Source: Chrysochromulina tobinii (lineage: Eukaryota). From it: 61,421 nt of DNA. The notes under the pieces are model-generated. The model was not told where the DNA came from, searched no databases, and worked only from the letters and a program-made list of their open reading frames with translations. The stretch covers positions 1-61,421 of the forward strand of contig JWZX01002777.1 of the NCBI GenBank assembly GCA_001275005.1, in the 5' to 3' direction. Position numbers and translations under genes: made by a program. Below, in pieces: positions 1 to 13,100 of this stretch (its first letter is position 1; every line of letters starts with the position of its first letter).

Positions 1-738
1 GCGCTCGCCCGCGCCTCCGCCTGCGCCTCGCTCCATATCGAAGTACTCCCTGCGGCCGGAGCCGCGTCCCGCGTCACCGGTCCTACGTAGGTCGTCCGAG
101 CGCGGCCCTCGTGTGCGGAAGGTTCTCAGCGCGGTACCGTTATGGCGCGCCCGACCGGCACGTGCAGGTTCGTGCAGCTTATACCGCACGCGCATCGACG
201 TCCCTGCTTTTGATCAGACCAGGGGCATTCCTTCCCCCCAATTAGTTACCCAATTTGCGCGACATCGATCCCCTCAATTTAACTTGTAAGTCTCATCTAC
301 AGACTACTGTACACACCAAGACGCGAGGGAATAAATGTGTTTTGAAACGTGAATCCGCGCACATCCTTTGTGTTCGTGCACAGTGCCACAGTTGAGCCGG
401 GCCACCCCTGCACATCCAGACTGGATGTGCACCGCAACTTCCCCCCGACCTCCCGTGTTACGGTGCTGCGTGGAGAGCCGCGGTGCATCTCGGCTGACAT
501 CCTGGAGATTCGCGTCGTATCTCGGAGCATCTCGGCTGACATCTGGAGATTCGCGGCGTATCTCGGTGCATCTCGGCTGACATCTGTTGCATCGGCGATG
601 AGTTCGGTCCTCACCGCTAACACCGCTGGACCTCTCCATCGGCGGCCGCCGGGCCGCGGCGCCATACGTGTATACATGAGTACATGCCCCGCACACCCCA
701 CATTAGGTGCGCATGCTAACCGCCCACAGGTCCCCACA

Positions 739-857
739 TTGGGTGCATGCCGCTTCTGCGCATCATCCTGTGGCATGCATCGGCACCGGTAAGCGATAAT
801 TGGGTGCATGCCGCTTCTGCGCATCATCCTGTGGCATGCATCGGCACCGGTAAGCGT
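739..857. repeat. Two direct copies of a ~57-nt sequence
   Basis: TTGGGTGCATGCCGCTTCTGCGCATCATCCTGTGGCATGCATCGGCACCGGTAAGCG occurs at ~739 and ~800. Confidence 0.9.
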
Positions 858-909
858 TAGAAGGTATAAGCGATGCCCCCGAAGAGCTGAGTGTGCAGGC
901 CGCACATCA

Positions 910-1137
910 TCATCCGGGGGCCTGGAGCTTAGCCCCCTGGAGCATCTGGTTCACAGCAGCGATTTCGTCATCCGGGGGCCTGGAGCTTAGCCCCCTGGAG
1001 CATCTGGTTCACAGCAGCGATTTCGTCATCCGGGGGCCTGGAGCTTAGCCCCCTGGAGCATCTGGTTCACAGCAGCGATTTCGTCATCCGGGGGCCTGGA
1101 GCTTAGCCCCCTGGAGCATCTGGTTCGCAGCAGCGAT
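910..1137. repeat. 58-nt tandem repeat x4 (copies of the gene's last codons plus stop)
   Basis: The unit CATCCGGGGGCCTGGAGCTTAGCCCCCTGGAGCATCTGGTTCACAGCAGCGATTTCGT starts at 911, 969, 1027 and 1085, with no spacers. Confidence 0.95.
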
Positions 1138-4100
1138 CGCAGCAGCGATTTCGTCCTGTTTGGTGAGCTTGCAATGCATGCACCTGTGATGAGGGAGGCA
1201 ATCAGAGGTCATCGGAGGTTATCAGAAGCAATCAGATCGGCTTCAATTTGGAGCTGGTGCGAATCTCGCCCAAATCTCGCTCAAGCATATCTCGTTCATA
1301 TCTCGTTCATATCTCGTTCATATCTCGTGCATATCTCGCACCCGGCGCACTCCGCCTTGGCGCACGTATACTGATTGCACCACGACTCGCAGGTGGGCGC
1401 CTCCACAGTCACAGTCACCGGCTCAAACGGGCTGTCAATGTTAGACCCCATCTTGAGCAGAGGTACGTCGGCGGGGTTGAGGTCGTACGTCCGAAGGAAG
1501 TCGATGTGGGGGGCGAGGGTATCCGAGCTGCTCGTCACAAAGGCTTCGATTGTGCGTGGCAGATTGACGTCCCACACGTCCCCGCGTACCTGATGAGGGA
1601 GGCGATCCGACTGATGAGGGATGCAATCAGCTTCGATTGTGCGTGGCAGATTGACGTCTAATTGACGTCTAATTGACGTCCCACACGAGGGAGGCAAGGG
1701 TACACTTAAGGAAGGCCCTTTGGAAGGCACTGAAGGAAGGCAATTAGGGAAAGCGATTGGGGGAGGTAAGTCGCGTTCCACACGCCCCCGCGTACCAAAA
1801 ACTCATTGTAGATATTGTTGCGGTGGGCGCCAGCACGACGCTCGTTGGTATCCCTGAGATGAGAGGACACAATCAGAGAGGAGTGAGGTCAGAGACTCGA
1901 ATCAGGGATTCGTCCTCGTGAGATGGGATTCATCCTCGTGAGATGGGATTCATCCTCGTGACGGTCGTCGCGCGCTATGGGATTCGTCAGGTTTCGTCAC
2001 ATAGTCACCTCGCGAGGTAGACCCCAATGCTCGGCACGTCAGATTCTCAATCAGATTCGTCAGATTCTCACCTGGCGAGGTAGACCCCAATGCTCGACAC
2101 GTCCCACGTACAATCGGACGGGAGGGAGCCTGGACCGGTAGGGTCCGCGTCAGGAGGGAGCACTGGGCAGGAGCTGCGACAGTAGCCGCCGCAGTCGCCC
2201 GGGGCTGCGCATTTGATGACGGTGACGCCCGGCCGGAAAATGATCCCGCCCGGGCAACCAAATAAGGAATCGTGGAGCGTTTTGCCGTTAGGGTCGCCAG
2301 TCGGGGCGCGGTTCTGGAGGCTGAAGACCTGATGAGGGAGGCCATCAGGGGGGCAATTAGTAGGCAATTAGTAGGCAATTAGGGAATGCGATTCTATAGG
2401 CACTCTTGCTATTCGGGAGGCTAACAGACCTGCTGAGGGATGGATACGGAATCAGATGTGAGGGATGTAATCACCGGAGGATGCGATTAGGGTGCGTTCA
2501 GCCAGGTGTAAGCGAGGTATGTGTAAGCGAGGTATCAGCGAAGGAATCCGAGGTGCCATCCAAATAAGGAATCCGAGGTGCCATCCAAATAAGGAATACG
2601 AGGTGCCATGAGAGAGAGGGAATGGGGGTGGAGCGGATCCTATGCGGTTCCTCTGAAGCCGCGCACATACATCGCAATCAGATCCAATCAGATCCAATCA
2701 GTGTACAATCAGTGTGCAATCAGTGTCCAATCCGAGATGTCTCCCAATCCACACCCACCATCTCAGTGCCCAATCAGTGTACAATCAGTGTACAATCCGT
2801 GTCCAATCCGAGAGGTCTCCCAATCCACACCCACCATCTCAGTGTCCAATCAGTGTCCAATCAGTGTCCAATCAGTGTCCAATCAGTGTACAATCAGTGT
2901 ACAATCAGTGTACAATCAGTGTACAATCAGTGTACAATCAGTGTCCAATCCGAGATGTAAGAGATGTACATCTCCCAATCCACACCCACCATTGAGGCTG
3001 AGACGAGGCAGCTGCCGTGAGCAATGTCGGAGCAATCGGAGGGTGCAATGAAGGCCCGAGACGTATGGCCGTCGAAGCAGTGCACGAGCACGCCTGATGA
3101 CGCAGGCAATTAGGGAGAGGAGGCACAGAGGAGGCACTCACGGGTGAGGCAATTAGGGACCGATTGGCAAGTAGGGAGGCACTCACGGGGGAGGCCATCA
3201 GGAAACCAATGAGCAATTACCTGCATCTGGCAGGGCGCCCGAGGCCGTCCACTGCTCGTAGGGTGCCCTCTGGTAGCGTCGGTTGATTCGCTCGGCTACG
3301 CTCTGCGGACTCTCCGGGGGCGGTGAGGGGGATGGCAAGGGTGGTGGCGAGGGCAGAGGGGGTGGCGTCGGGCACGGCGGCGGCGGCGGCGGCGGTGAGG
3401 GTCGGGGTGAGGGCGGCGGAGGGGATGGTGGCGGCGAGAAGGAGGGCCAGAGTGGAGGTGGCGGCGACGGCTCCACGGCCACTGCGGCGAGCTGGTGCTC
3501 CGAGTTGGATGCCCCAGCACCAGCACCAAGCCGCCGCACCCCGAGTACGAGCCAAGGCCCGATTAGGAACACGAGGGTGAGCAGACCGAACCCAATCGAC
3601 CTCTTTCGCTCGAGGTGCTGGGGGTCTTTGCTGGAGAGCTTGCTGAAGAAGACTTCCGCAGACGATGCCACGCGATCATACTTCATGTTGGTCCGGGTCC
3701 CCTCTGCATCATCCTCGACGTCGTCGTCCTCGTCGTCGTCCCGCGCTGCAGATCCGCCTTCCTTATTTGGAGCCCATGCAGACCCGCCTTCCTCAACAGC
3801 CCCACCAGCTGCGTCCGAGGCTTCGTCCGCTTCTTGATGCCGCTTCCAGGCACGCCCTACCACGGTGTTCTCGCGCAAATTCGGCGTCAGAACATAATCG
3901 AGGTCCTGCAGGTCCGCAAGTTCGGAGGAGCGCATGAGCTCTGACGTCGCCTCGGGTCTAGCTGACGAACGACCGATCGCGCGCGCGAGCAAGGCACGCT
4001 CGCGCTCGGATAGGTTCGAGCTCTTCAGATGCTCTTGTATGAAGTCTTCGGCCATCGAGAGTCCCTCGCCAAGGGGCGGTGCGCCATCCATTTCGTGCGA

Positions 4101-4151
4101 GAACGGCGGCATGAAGCAAAGTGGCGAACCACCAGCACACGTGTATCTCAT
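1084..4151 (-). CDS. Multi-exon hypothetical membrane protein (TM helix, Pro-rich linker, Cys-containing C-terminal domain)
   Basis: The exon 1 ORF (3198-4169) has a TM segment (IGFGLLTLVFLIGPWLVLGV) and a poly-Pro stretch. Later exons (GVLVHCFDG..., GGIIFRPG...IKC, VWDVNLPRTIEAF) each follow a ...CATCAG acceptor. The last exon 1183-1084 reads CMHCKLTKQDEIAAAIAAANQMLQGAKLQAPG*. Internal exon borders are approximate. Confidence 0.7.
2676..2990. repeat. Intronic 11-nt minisatellite (CAATCAGTGTA/C)n
   Basis: Many tandem copies. On the gene strand each unit contains CTGATTG, the branch-point-like core of the intron cassette. Confidence 0.9.
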
Positions 4152-4486
4152 CTCCGATTGCGGAAGCAATTCAAGTGTGCATGCAACTTGAACTTGGAAC
4201 CGAAATTGATAAAGGGGTCAACGATTAGGTCAACGACATCTCGGCGTTCTCGATTCTTGGTGCTTTCATGCGAATGTATCCACAACACACAGCCGACCGC
4301 CTAAACTCGAGGGCGAGGCGTCTCTTCGTCTTTGAGCGCGCTCTTCAACTAAGAAACTATATCCATATACGGTGGGAGGTCTGGTACCGGTAGCCCTAGT
4401 GACGAAACATCCTTTGGAGATTTACTACCGGCTATATATATTACATATCATCTACTTTCCTAAATCACAGCTAATCTTCTCTCGAA

Positions 4487-7271
4487 CTATCGAAGCTCAT
4501 CATGCATCTCCACCTGAGGAAGCGGGCTCGTGCCTGCTGCATCTCGCGCTGTCTCGAGCGCTGCCGCGCTCTGTCTCCCTCCGATGCGTACCGGCTTCAG
4601 AGTGCCCGTCGCCACCTGTCGGTCATCCGGCGCTGCGGCTGATTGCGGTTGATTGCGTACCGGCTTCAGAGTGCCCGTCGCCACCTGTCGCTCTTCCTGA
4701 GCTGCGGCTGTGGTGGCTGTTGTTACGGTCGCTGCTGCGGCTGCCGCTCCGGCTGCGGATTCGCGCGGCCTCGCTCTCCTCGTGTGATCTCGTGTGATCT
4801 CGTGTGATCTCGCTATCCTCGCAGCTTTGGATGTTGGAGCCTTGATTGGATTTTTGATTGGAGCCTTTGACAACGACAACGACGATGATGATCCGGCCCT
4901 TGCCGCCCTTGATGATGATGATGATGATGATGATGATGACGATGATGATCCGGCCCTTGCCGCCCTTGCCGCTTTGGAGTTTGGAGCCGTCGGGTCGACG
5001 TTCTTCTCGAGCGCCTCGGCTGCCTTCGCGTCGAGTCCGAGGGCCGAGGACGCCATCGCTAAGCGCTCTTGGAGCAATGCCTCGGGCAGGCTGCCAACGC
5101 AATCAACCGCAATCAGACGCAATCAGCCGCCATCGCTAAGCGCTCTTGGAGCAATGCCTCGGGCAAGCTGCCAACGCAATCAGCCGCAATCAGCCGCACT
5201 CAGCCGCAATCAGCCGCACTCAGCCGCAATCAGCCGCACCTGCCGAGGGTGCTTGGATCGAGCTCCTTCAAGCGGGCGAGCGCGGCCAACATCTTCTCCG
5301 ACTCTTGACGAAGCTGCTTGCGACGGCGCTCGAGCGACGCGCGCTTCGCCTCGAACACCTGATTGCTTTGGTCATCAGCACCCGCTCGGTTCGCCGACGC
5401 GCTCGCGCCGTACTGAGCGTTGCTGGCCGCGCTGCCGGTGGCGGCGCGCGCCGTCGCGGGCGGAGCGCCGTCCTGAGCGCAGGCGGCCGCCGGGATGAGA
5501 ACGTCTAACGCCACGTGTTCCATCAGAAGCGCCCCGTCGAACGCGCGTCGCACCTGCATGCAATTCCCGATTCAACCCCAAATCAGGTCTGCATGCAATT
5601 CCCAATTCAACCCCGAATTGCAGACCTCATTGGACAGCTAAGGAAGCCAGCGATCATCAGTGGTCATCAGCATTCATCATCAGCATTCATCAGTGGGCAT
5701 CAGCATTCATCATCAGCATTCATCAGTGGGCATCAGCATTCATCAGTGGTCATCAGCATTCATCAGTGGACAGCTAAGGAAGCCAGCGGTCATCAGCGGT
5801 CATCATCTCACCATATGATCACATGGTGGCAATCAGCATTCATCAGTGGCCATCAGCATTCATCAGCGGTCATCATCTCACCATATGATCACATGGTGGC
5901 CATCAGCGGCACTCCGGCGCAGTCACCGTGATCACGTCGCCCGAGCGCACGCCCGTGACGAGGAGCTGATCGGTCGCGTTTGGGACGAGCGAGCCACGTG
6001 GATGGAGCGTGCCCACGCGGCGCTCGGGACGGCGCGCGCCCCAGACTGCCACGTGGGCAGCGGAGCTGCCGATGAGCTGCACCATGACTGACGAAGCACA
6101 CCGGGGAGGGTGCTCAACATCAGTGCTCATCAGGCGCAATCAGTCGCAATCAGTCGCAATCAGTCGCACCTGACGAAGCACACCGGGGAGGGTGCTCAAC
6201 ATCAGTGCTCATCAGGCGCAATCAGTCGCAATCAGTCGCACCTGACGAAGCGTTCGCGGCATCGACTCCAAAGCTAGCGTGGAGCGAGGTGCGTTGACGA
6301 AATGCGACTTCGTCACTCGCGTTGCACCGGCACGACGCGCGGGCGAACAGCGTGTTCGCGTACCAGTCGAGCAGCAATCTCCCTGAATCTGGCGCCTCAT
6401 GATCCGAGAGCATCTCGCGCGATCTCCAGCGGTGGCCTAGAAAGGAAGGTTGCTGCAGCCGGGCGCCGGGCATCACCACACCGAATGCATGCTCCACACC
6501 GAGTGCATCGACCCATAAAAGGCGCGCGGGCACCTGTGGGGAGAGTGGGGCGCCGTGGTGAGCACTCGCATGCAGACCGAGCCCATCGACCCATAAAAGG
6601 CGCGCGGGCACCTCGGCCTCGTTGATGACGGCGATTGGCGCCGGCGCGTTCGTCAGCTGCGGCAGCGTATGCCATGGTGCTGGCGCCGTCGGGCTGGCGG
6701 CGGCGGCCACAGGCATGCTATCCGCGTCGCATGCATGCTCCGCCAAGCCCGTGCACGCTCTCATGCTGCACGGCCGTTGTCGCGTCGCTTCCTCGCACGC
6801 GGCCGAGCAACTGTGCATCATGAACGCAGCATTCGCCTCGCACTCGCCCACTGCAGCCCACTTGACGCACTCGGACTCGACGGCAGGCGGCGGTGGTGGA
6901 GGCGGTGGAGGCGATCTGGTGCACGCGTCGGCGCAACCTTCAAGCATGAATGCGCTGTTGCGAGTGCACTCACCGGCATTGGCCCACGACTCGCACTGGC
7001 ATGCCGTGGAGCACGACTGGCTCATGAAGTTCCTGTTGTGGGCGCACTCGCCCGCGGCGGCCCAGGCTGCGCACGCGCTCTTCGTGTAAACTGGCAGCGG
7101 CGAAGGCGCAGGCGACGGTGGTGGCGCTGCGTTGGCTGCTTGTGCGCACTCGTCGGCGCAACGCACGCGCATGTAGTCGGGATTGCGGGTGCACTCTCCT
7201 GCGGCTGCCCAGCGGTCGCACTGGGCTGCAACCGATGTGATGGCCACGAGCGTGATCGGCAGCGCTCGCAT
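4487..7271 (-). CDS. Secreted/ER protein with four ShKT-like domains, VHL-beta-like domain, coiled coil and C-terminal HDEL-like signal; multi-exon
   Basis: Signal peptide MRALPITLVAITSVAA, then four C..WA.AGEC..N..(Y/F)M...C...C repeats and VINE...LLWVD..G.E....V.PG...Q.SF.GH.W. Introns at 6611-6534 and 6241-6088 keep the frame. The terminal exon ends EMHDELR*. Confidence 0.75.
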
Positions 7272-7438
7272 CCGCGCCGCGTGAATCGTGCGTGTGCTGT
7301 GAATGTTCTTCTCAGGAACGTCCTCGAGGCAGCGGCGCGTTCCCGTGAGAAGCCCCGCGCGCGCGACAGCACTCGAAGCATGCAGAGATTTCCTAAAACC
7401 GTTGAGTTTGGGGAATTGCTTCATTTTGAAGCGCGTCA

Positions 7439-9776
7439 ATGTCCGTCGCCGAGCGAAGGCAACGCCGCACCCTCAGTTTCCCCCGAGTTCTCAACTGGCC
7501 GAGCCATCTGCGAGCAAGGACCGAGCAGTTGAGGACCGCTTCACTGCAGGCGCAGCTCGACGAAGCTCTAGCGGAGAACATGATCTTGAGACAGAAGATC
7601 GAGGAGCTCCAGAACATGTCATGGCTGATCTCCGCGCCATCCTCATCGACTGTCGGAGCGACGACTTCCAGCAGCGACGAGGTAGTAGTAGCTGAGATAG
7701 CCGCTCGGCCGCTCGGGGAGTCGACTGCACCCTCTGCATGGCTCGCTGCTCGTCCGCTTGCGCCGCTGCCACTTGTGTCTCCGGGTATCGTGCCTGATCT
7801 CGTGCCGCCTCCGTCTGCGCCGCTGCTGCTAGCTCCAGCGCCACACGCGTTGCCGCCATCAGCACGTGAGGCGGCGGCGGAGGCGGCGGCGGCGCAGGCG
7901 GCAGCGGCGCAGGCGGCAGCGGCGCAGAAGACTGCGGAGGAGAAGGAGGCGGCGCAGAAGACTGCGGCGGAGAAGGCGGCGGCAGAGAAGGCGGCGGCGG
8001 AGAAGGCGACGGCAGAGAAGGCGGCGGCAGAGAAGGCGGCGGAGGAGAAGGCGGCGGCGGAGAAGGCGGCGGAGGAGAAGGCGGCGGCAGAAAAGGCGGC
8101 GGAGGAGAAGGCGGCGGAGGAGAAGGCGGCGGCGGAGAAGGCGGCGGAGGAGAAGGCGGCGGAGGAGGAGGCGATCCAAACAGCTCTCAGTAAGGCGACC
8201 GAGCAGAGGAAACAGGAGAGCGCCTCCGCCAACGCCGCCGCAGACGACGCCGCCGCCGATGGCGCCACCCCGAATCCACTCGGCACAAATCTCGGTGGAT
8301 TCTCGGCACTCGGTATCCGCCGAGAATCCACCCCGAATCCACCCGGCACGAATCTCGGTGGATTCTCGACACTCGGTATCCACCGAGAATCCACCGCGAA
8401 TCCACCCGGCACGGATCCACGCGTACCGCCTCGTCCACTACTGATAGCTTCGGCGCCGATGGGCCTGCCCGAGACGGCGCTCGAGACGGCGCTCGATGCA
8501 ACGCTCGGCGCGCTGCGCATGACGACGCCCTCGCTTAGCTCGTCTAGCGCTCCTCTGGTGGTCCCCTTGGCCATACGGCCGCTCAGCGCGCGCTCGGACG
8601 GGAGATCGGACGGGAGATCGGACGGGAGGTCTTCTTCGGAGCTGACGGGAGATCGAGCGGGAGATCTGGGCGGGGCGTTGGAACGGCTGCAGAGCCCGAC
8701 GATTGCCTTGTTTCGTCCCATCTCCCCGAGCTCCGTCCCCCTCTCACCCCTCTCCCCCGTCATCGCCCCATCTACCAGCATCCTTCCCACCGACTTCATC
8801 CCACCCCCCCCTCCATACCCGGTCACCCCCCCATACGCGGTCGCCCCCCTCGAAACCCCCCTCACTCGCGAACCCAGAGCACCCCGTCCTCGCCGCCGCC
8901 CGCAAATCCCTTCGCGCCGCCCGCCTCGAGTCCCGCACGCGACCCATATTAGGAAGCGGACCCTTCCCGAGCACGGCAGCAGCTGCAGCAGCTCCCTCGG
9001 AGATGAACTCGGAGATGAACTCGGAGAGATCCCCACTGGCCAACCTCAGAGCAAACCTGCGGCCAACCGCAAGCCTCGCGCGCGCACCTAGTTTGGGAGG
9101 TGGCGCGAAAACTCCCATATTAGGAAGCGCGAGCATCGGGCCGGGAGCTGCTGTGAATATGAGGCCAGCGGTGAACGGGGCTGAAGCCGTGGCGTCTTAC
9201 GAGTGGCCAGAGTGGCTCACACCCCTCGTTCATTGTCTGTGGCACGGCGCTGTCGCGAGAACGAGGCCGCCGACGACGAGTATGAGCCAAGGTGTGAACG
9301 TTGGTGTGAACGGGCAGCTGCATGCAAGCAGCGGCGGTGTGGAAGAGACGACGACGGGCGGTGCCAAGGCGACAACACCCACATTGGGCAGCAAGCACGA
9401 TCTGCCTAATATGGACGGGACGAGCAGCGAGGCCAAGACCAAGACCACTCCCATCAAGCAAGGTCTCGGCGTGAGCTCGCCTAACACAGCGCCTCCTCTA
9501 TTCACAGCCCCGACCAACACAGCGCCTCCTCTATTCACAGCTCCGCCCCAAGATCGTCGTCGAGGGCCGCCCACCGGACTGCTCAACGGCCTGCCTACCG
9601 GTTTGCCTACCGGCGGCTTGCCCACCGAAGGCCATCAATCGAGCCCGATAAAGATCAACAATGGCCTCGTGCCGACAGTTGGCGCTGCGCAGCGCACCCC
9701 ACCCAGCATGGGGAGGGTTGTTGAGGCTCCGGACTCGGGAGGCAAAGGCCATCCGCACTGGTCTCTAGATCTTTAG
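7439..9776 (+). CDS. Low-complexity hypothetical protein (short coiled coil, AAAEK repeats, Pro/Ser-rich); frameshift or intron near 8800
   Basis: ORF 7439-9091 has a coiled coil and ~16 (A/E)EKAA repeats. Overlapping ORF 8703-9776 continues with similar composition, and C homopolymers lie in the overlap. Confidence 0.55.
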
Positions 9777-10181
9777 ATTGGGCCGGGATGGTGCGACAGC
9801 CATCATGCGGCGCGAAAAAAGTGCGCGCGCGCGCTCGCGATGCCAATTGCCCGCTGCATGCTTCGCTGTTCCACTGTGACTACAGGCGAGCTGAGAGCTG
9901 AGACGCACTTGTGTCACCCGCCGGCACCCATTCAGTGTGAATCACACACTGTGCGAGAGGCCCAGGGGTTCATGGGGGTTCTAACGCTCTCTTGAACCTG
10001 TGTTAGAAGTCACACACACACACACACATTCACACCTCCATGGCGGGTACCGCGCGGCCTGTGAACGCTACCGTGTTGTGTGTATTCATAATGAACGCTA
10101 CCGCGCGTTCCCGCCGATGGTGACCATGAATGGGACGCGCGACGGCGGCACTGTGGGTGCCGCGCCCACACACACCTTATC

Positions 10182-13100
10182 ATGCTAGCCGACCCTGGCT
10201 ACCACGAACCTGACTACAAGAGCAGGGTGTCGAGAGCAGCAGTGCTCGCCGTCACGGGGCCAGGCAGGCGCACTCAGCGCTGGGCGAGGCTCGTCACGCG
10301 CTGGCTCGAGGGGAAGGGCGGCAAAGCCGACCTCTTCCAGGCGGCCGTTGAGAATCTCGCGCAGGCAGATGAACGGCCCAGCTCGCCCAGCCTTGACGGC
10401 GGCGACGAGTTCTCCACTGTCCCGCTCCATTCACATTCACTCCAAAGCTTGCTCGGTGACCTGGATGCCCATCTGATTGCAAGCATTGGCCTCCCGCATC
10501 TGATGGCATGCAATGGCCTCCCGCATCTGATGGCATGCAATGGCCTCCCTCATCAGGTGACCTGGATGCACTCATCGTCGAGGTGGACGAGCAACGGCGC
10601 ACGCTGGCACGGCGCAAGCAGCAGCCGCGCGAGCACTCGTCGGCTGAGGCTCGGTGGACGCACTCATTGGCGGCGTGGACGCACGAAGCGGACGAGCTGC
10701 GCGCGGCGCGCGATGCGGCGTGTGCCGAGGGCAACGCGGCGTGCGCGGAGCGCGATGCGGCGTGCGCGGAGCGCGACGAGGCGCGCGCCGCCGTGGACGA
10801 GGCGGACGGGCAGGTTCTGCAGCTGAGCGTCGCGACGGCCGAGCTCTCCTCCGAGCTCGCAACCTCCGAGCTCGAGATGACGGCGCTCCGTGCGCACGCC
10901 TCTGAGCTCCGACGGCAGATCGCAACCTCCGAGCTCGAGATGACGGCGCTCCGTGCGCACGCATCTGAGCTCCGACGGCAGATCGCAACCTCCGAGCTCG
11001 AGATGACGGCGCTCCGCGCGTCCGCCGGCTTCGTCAACGAGACGAACGGCGGCCTGGATGCGGCCGGGCGCCGTGAGGAGCACTTGCATGCTGGGCGCTT
11101 GGCCTCGGATGCGGCCGGGCGCCGTGAGGAGCACTTGCATGCTGGGCGCTTGGCCTCGGATGCGGCCGGGCGCCGTGAGGAGCACTTGCATGCAGGGCGC
11201 TTGGCCCTGGATGCGGCCGGGCGCCGTGATGAGCACTTGCATGCAGGGCGCTTGGCCGTTGCTCGCGAAGCCTCGGCGCAGCTCGCGACGGCGCTCGTGG
11301 CGGCCGAGGCGGCGAAGGCGGAGGCCAGGGGGGCGAGGGCGGAGGCGGAGGCGGCCAAGGCGGAGTCGCGCGCCGTGGAGAGCACTTGCATGCAGGCGAG
11401 GGCGGAGGCGGAGGCGGCCAAGGCGGAGGCGCGAGCGGCCTCCGCGGCGGCGGCGATGGCGGAGGCTAGGGCGGAGGCGATGGCGGCGGCCATGGCCAGG
11501 GCGGAGGCGGAGGCGACGGCGGTCAGGGCGGGCGCCGGTCAGGGCGGTCAGGGCGGGTGCATGGCGCCCAGCACGGCGCCCAGCCACGCGCCCAGGATGG
11601 CGCCCAAGACGGTGCCCAGCACGGCGGCGTACACGGGCGCTCAACACGACGCCCCGAGGTCGCCCGCGGCCGAGGCGGCGAGCAGACGAGCCGCGGTGCC
11701 TAATTTGGGAGAGGCGAGCTCCAACCCTAATTTGGGAGAGGCGAGCGCTAACCCTAATTTGGGAGGGGCGAGCAGACGAGCCGCGGCGCCCGAGCCACGG
11801 TGCGCCCACGACGGCGCGTCGAGTGCGGCGACCGAGGGTGAGGTGACGAACGCGTTGCGGCGGGCGCTCATGGAGAGTGAGGCGACGAACGCCCTAGTGC
11901 GCCGCTGATTGCGATTGATGGCGATTGATGGCGAATGATGATGGTTGATTGCGAGTGATGGCGATGCATCAGATTGCGATCTGGATCTTGCCGTATTTGT
12001 ATGGAGGTTCCTCGGGTGCTCACCACGGCGCGCGCCCTCGCCTCCTCCCTAATTAGGTACGCCGCTGCTATGCGACCGACAAGCTCGGCCTCGCGCTGGA
12101 TGCAAGCGCGGCGGGAGCGCTGCGGCGGGCGTGGCACTGCTGGTGGGTCTGCGCCTGCGCGCTCGAGGGCGAGATGGCCTCTGACGAAGCGGACCGGCTG
12201 CGCGCCGCGCTCACCTCCGAGCTCGAGCTGAACGCAAAGCTGCAGGAGCGGCTGACGAACCTCGAGCTCGCGCCGAGCTCGGCTGACGAACCTCGAACTA
12301 AGGACGGACGCCTTAATTTGGGTCGGGCGCCGTCTCGAGCGCCGGGCGCTCCGACCGAGCCGGCGCCGGCGGTGCCCGATACGGCGCTGGCGCCCGAGAC
12401 GGCGCGCGGTGGCGGTCTGGTGTTCAAGTCCGAGTCGGAGTGGCAATCTCGCGAGCGCGAGATTCGCGAGATGCGCCGCCAGCTCGCGGTGGCTCGTGCG
12501 CACATCGAGCAGCTTGAAAAGGTAGCTTTGATGGCGGCTTGATGGTGGCTTGATGGTGGCTGATGGTGGCTTGATGACGGCTGATGACCCCTCCGATGGC
12601 CACCCTGATGACACGTCTGAGTGCACCTGATGGCCTCCCTCATTGCACCTGATGGCCTCCCTCATCGCACCTGATGGCCTCCCTCATCGCACCTGATGGC
12701 CTCCCTCATTGCACCTGATGGCCTCCCTCATCGCACCTGATGGCCTCCCTCATCGCACCTGATGGCCTCCCTCATCAGGACTTGTCGGCGGCGCAGCGGC
12801 GCGCAGACCAGCTGGTTGCCACGTCACAACGCGAGCGATCTCGCGCGAGCTCGCACGTGGCCTCACGCGCCTCGACGCCGTGCCCTTCCGACGATGGATC
12901 CCATCCTTATTTGGGAGGGTCGAGCTCCAACCAGACCATGGCGGCGTTGCAAGAGGAGGTAACGTCCCTCCGTCGGCTCTGTGCCTTCAGGCGTAACGAG
13001 GTGTGAACAGCGCCCTCAGATTGGCGTCAGATTGCGTCAGATTGCGTCAGATTGCGTATGATTGCGCCCTCAAGCGTAACGTGGTGACCGTCTGATTGCC

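Noticed and set aside
1..300. rRNA/ncRNA fragment or gene start at the window edge
   Set aside because: No recognisable conserved RNA motif, and too little context to call a CDS.
910..1137. CRISPR-like array
   Set aside because: The units are contiguous and identical with no unique spacers, there are no cas genes, and the unit is the duplicated gene end.
2676..2990. Telomere or interstitial telomeric repeat
   Set aside because: The 11-nt unit is not TTAGGG-like and lies inside an intron.
4880..4950. (GAT)n tract as a special element
   Set aside because: Ordinary microsatellite, encoding poly-Ser on the coding strand.
7393..9036. 547-aa minus-strand ORF and the poly-Arg ORF 7866-8444
   Set aside because: These are shadow frames of the AAAEK repeat gene. 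High GC makes stop-free alternative frames common, as for most short ORFs in the track.
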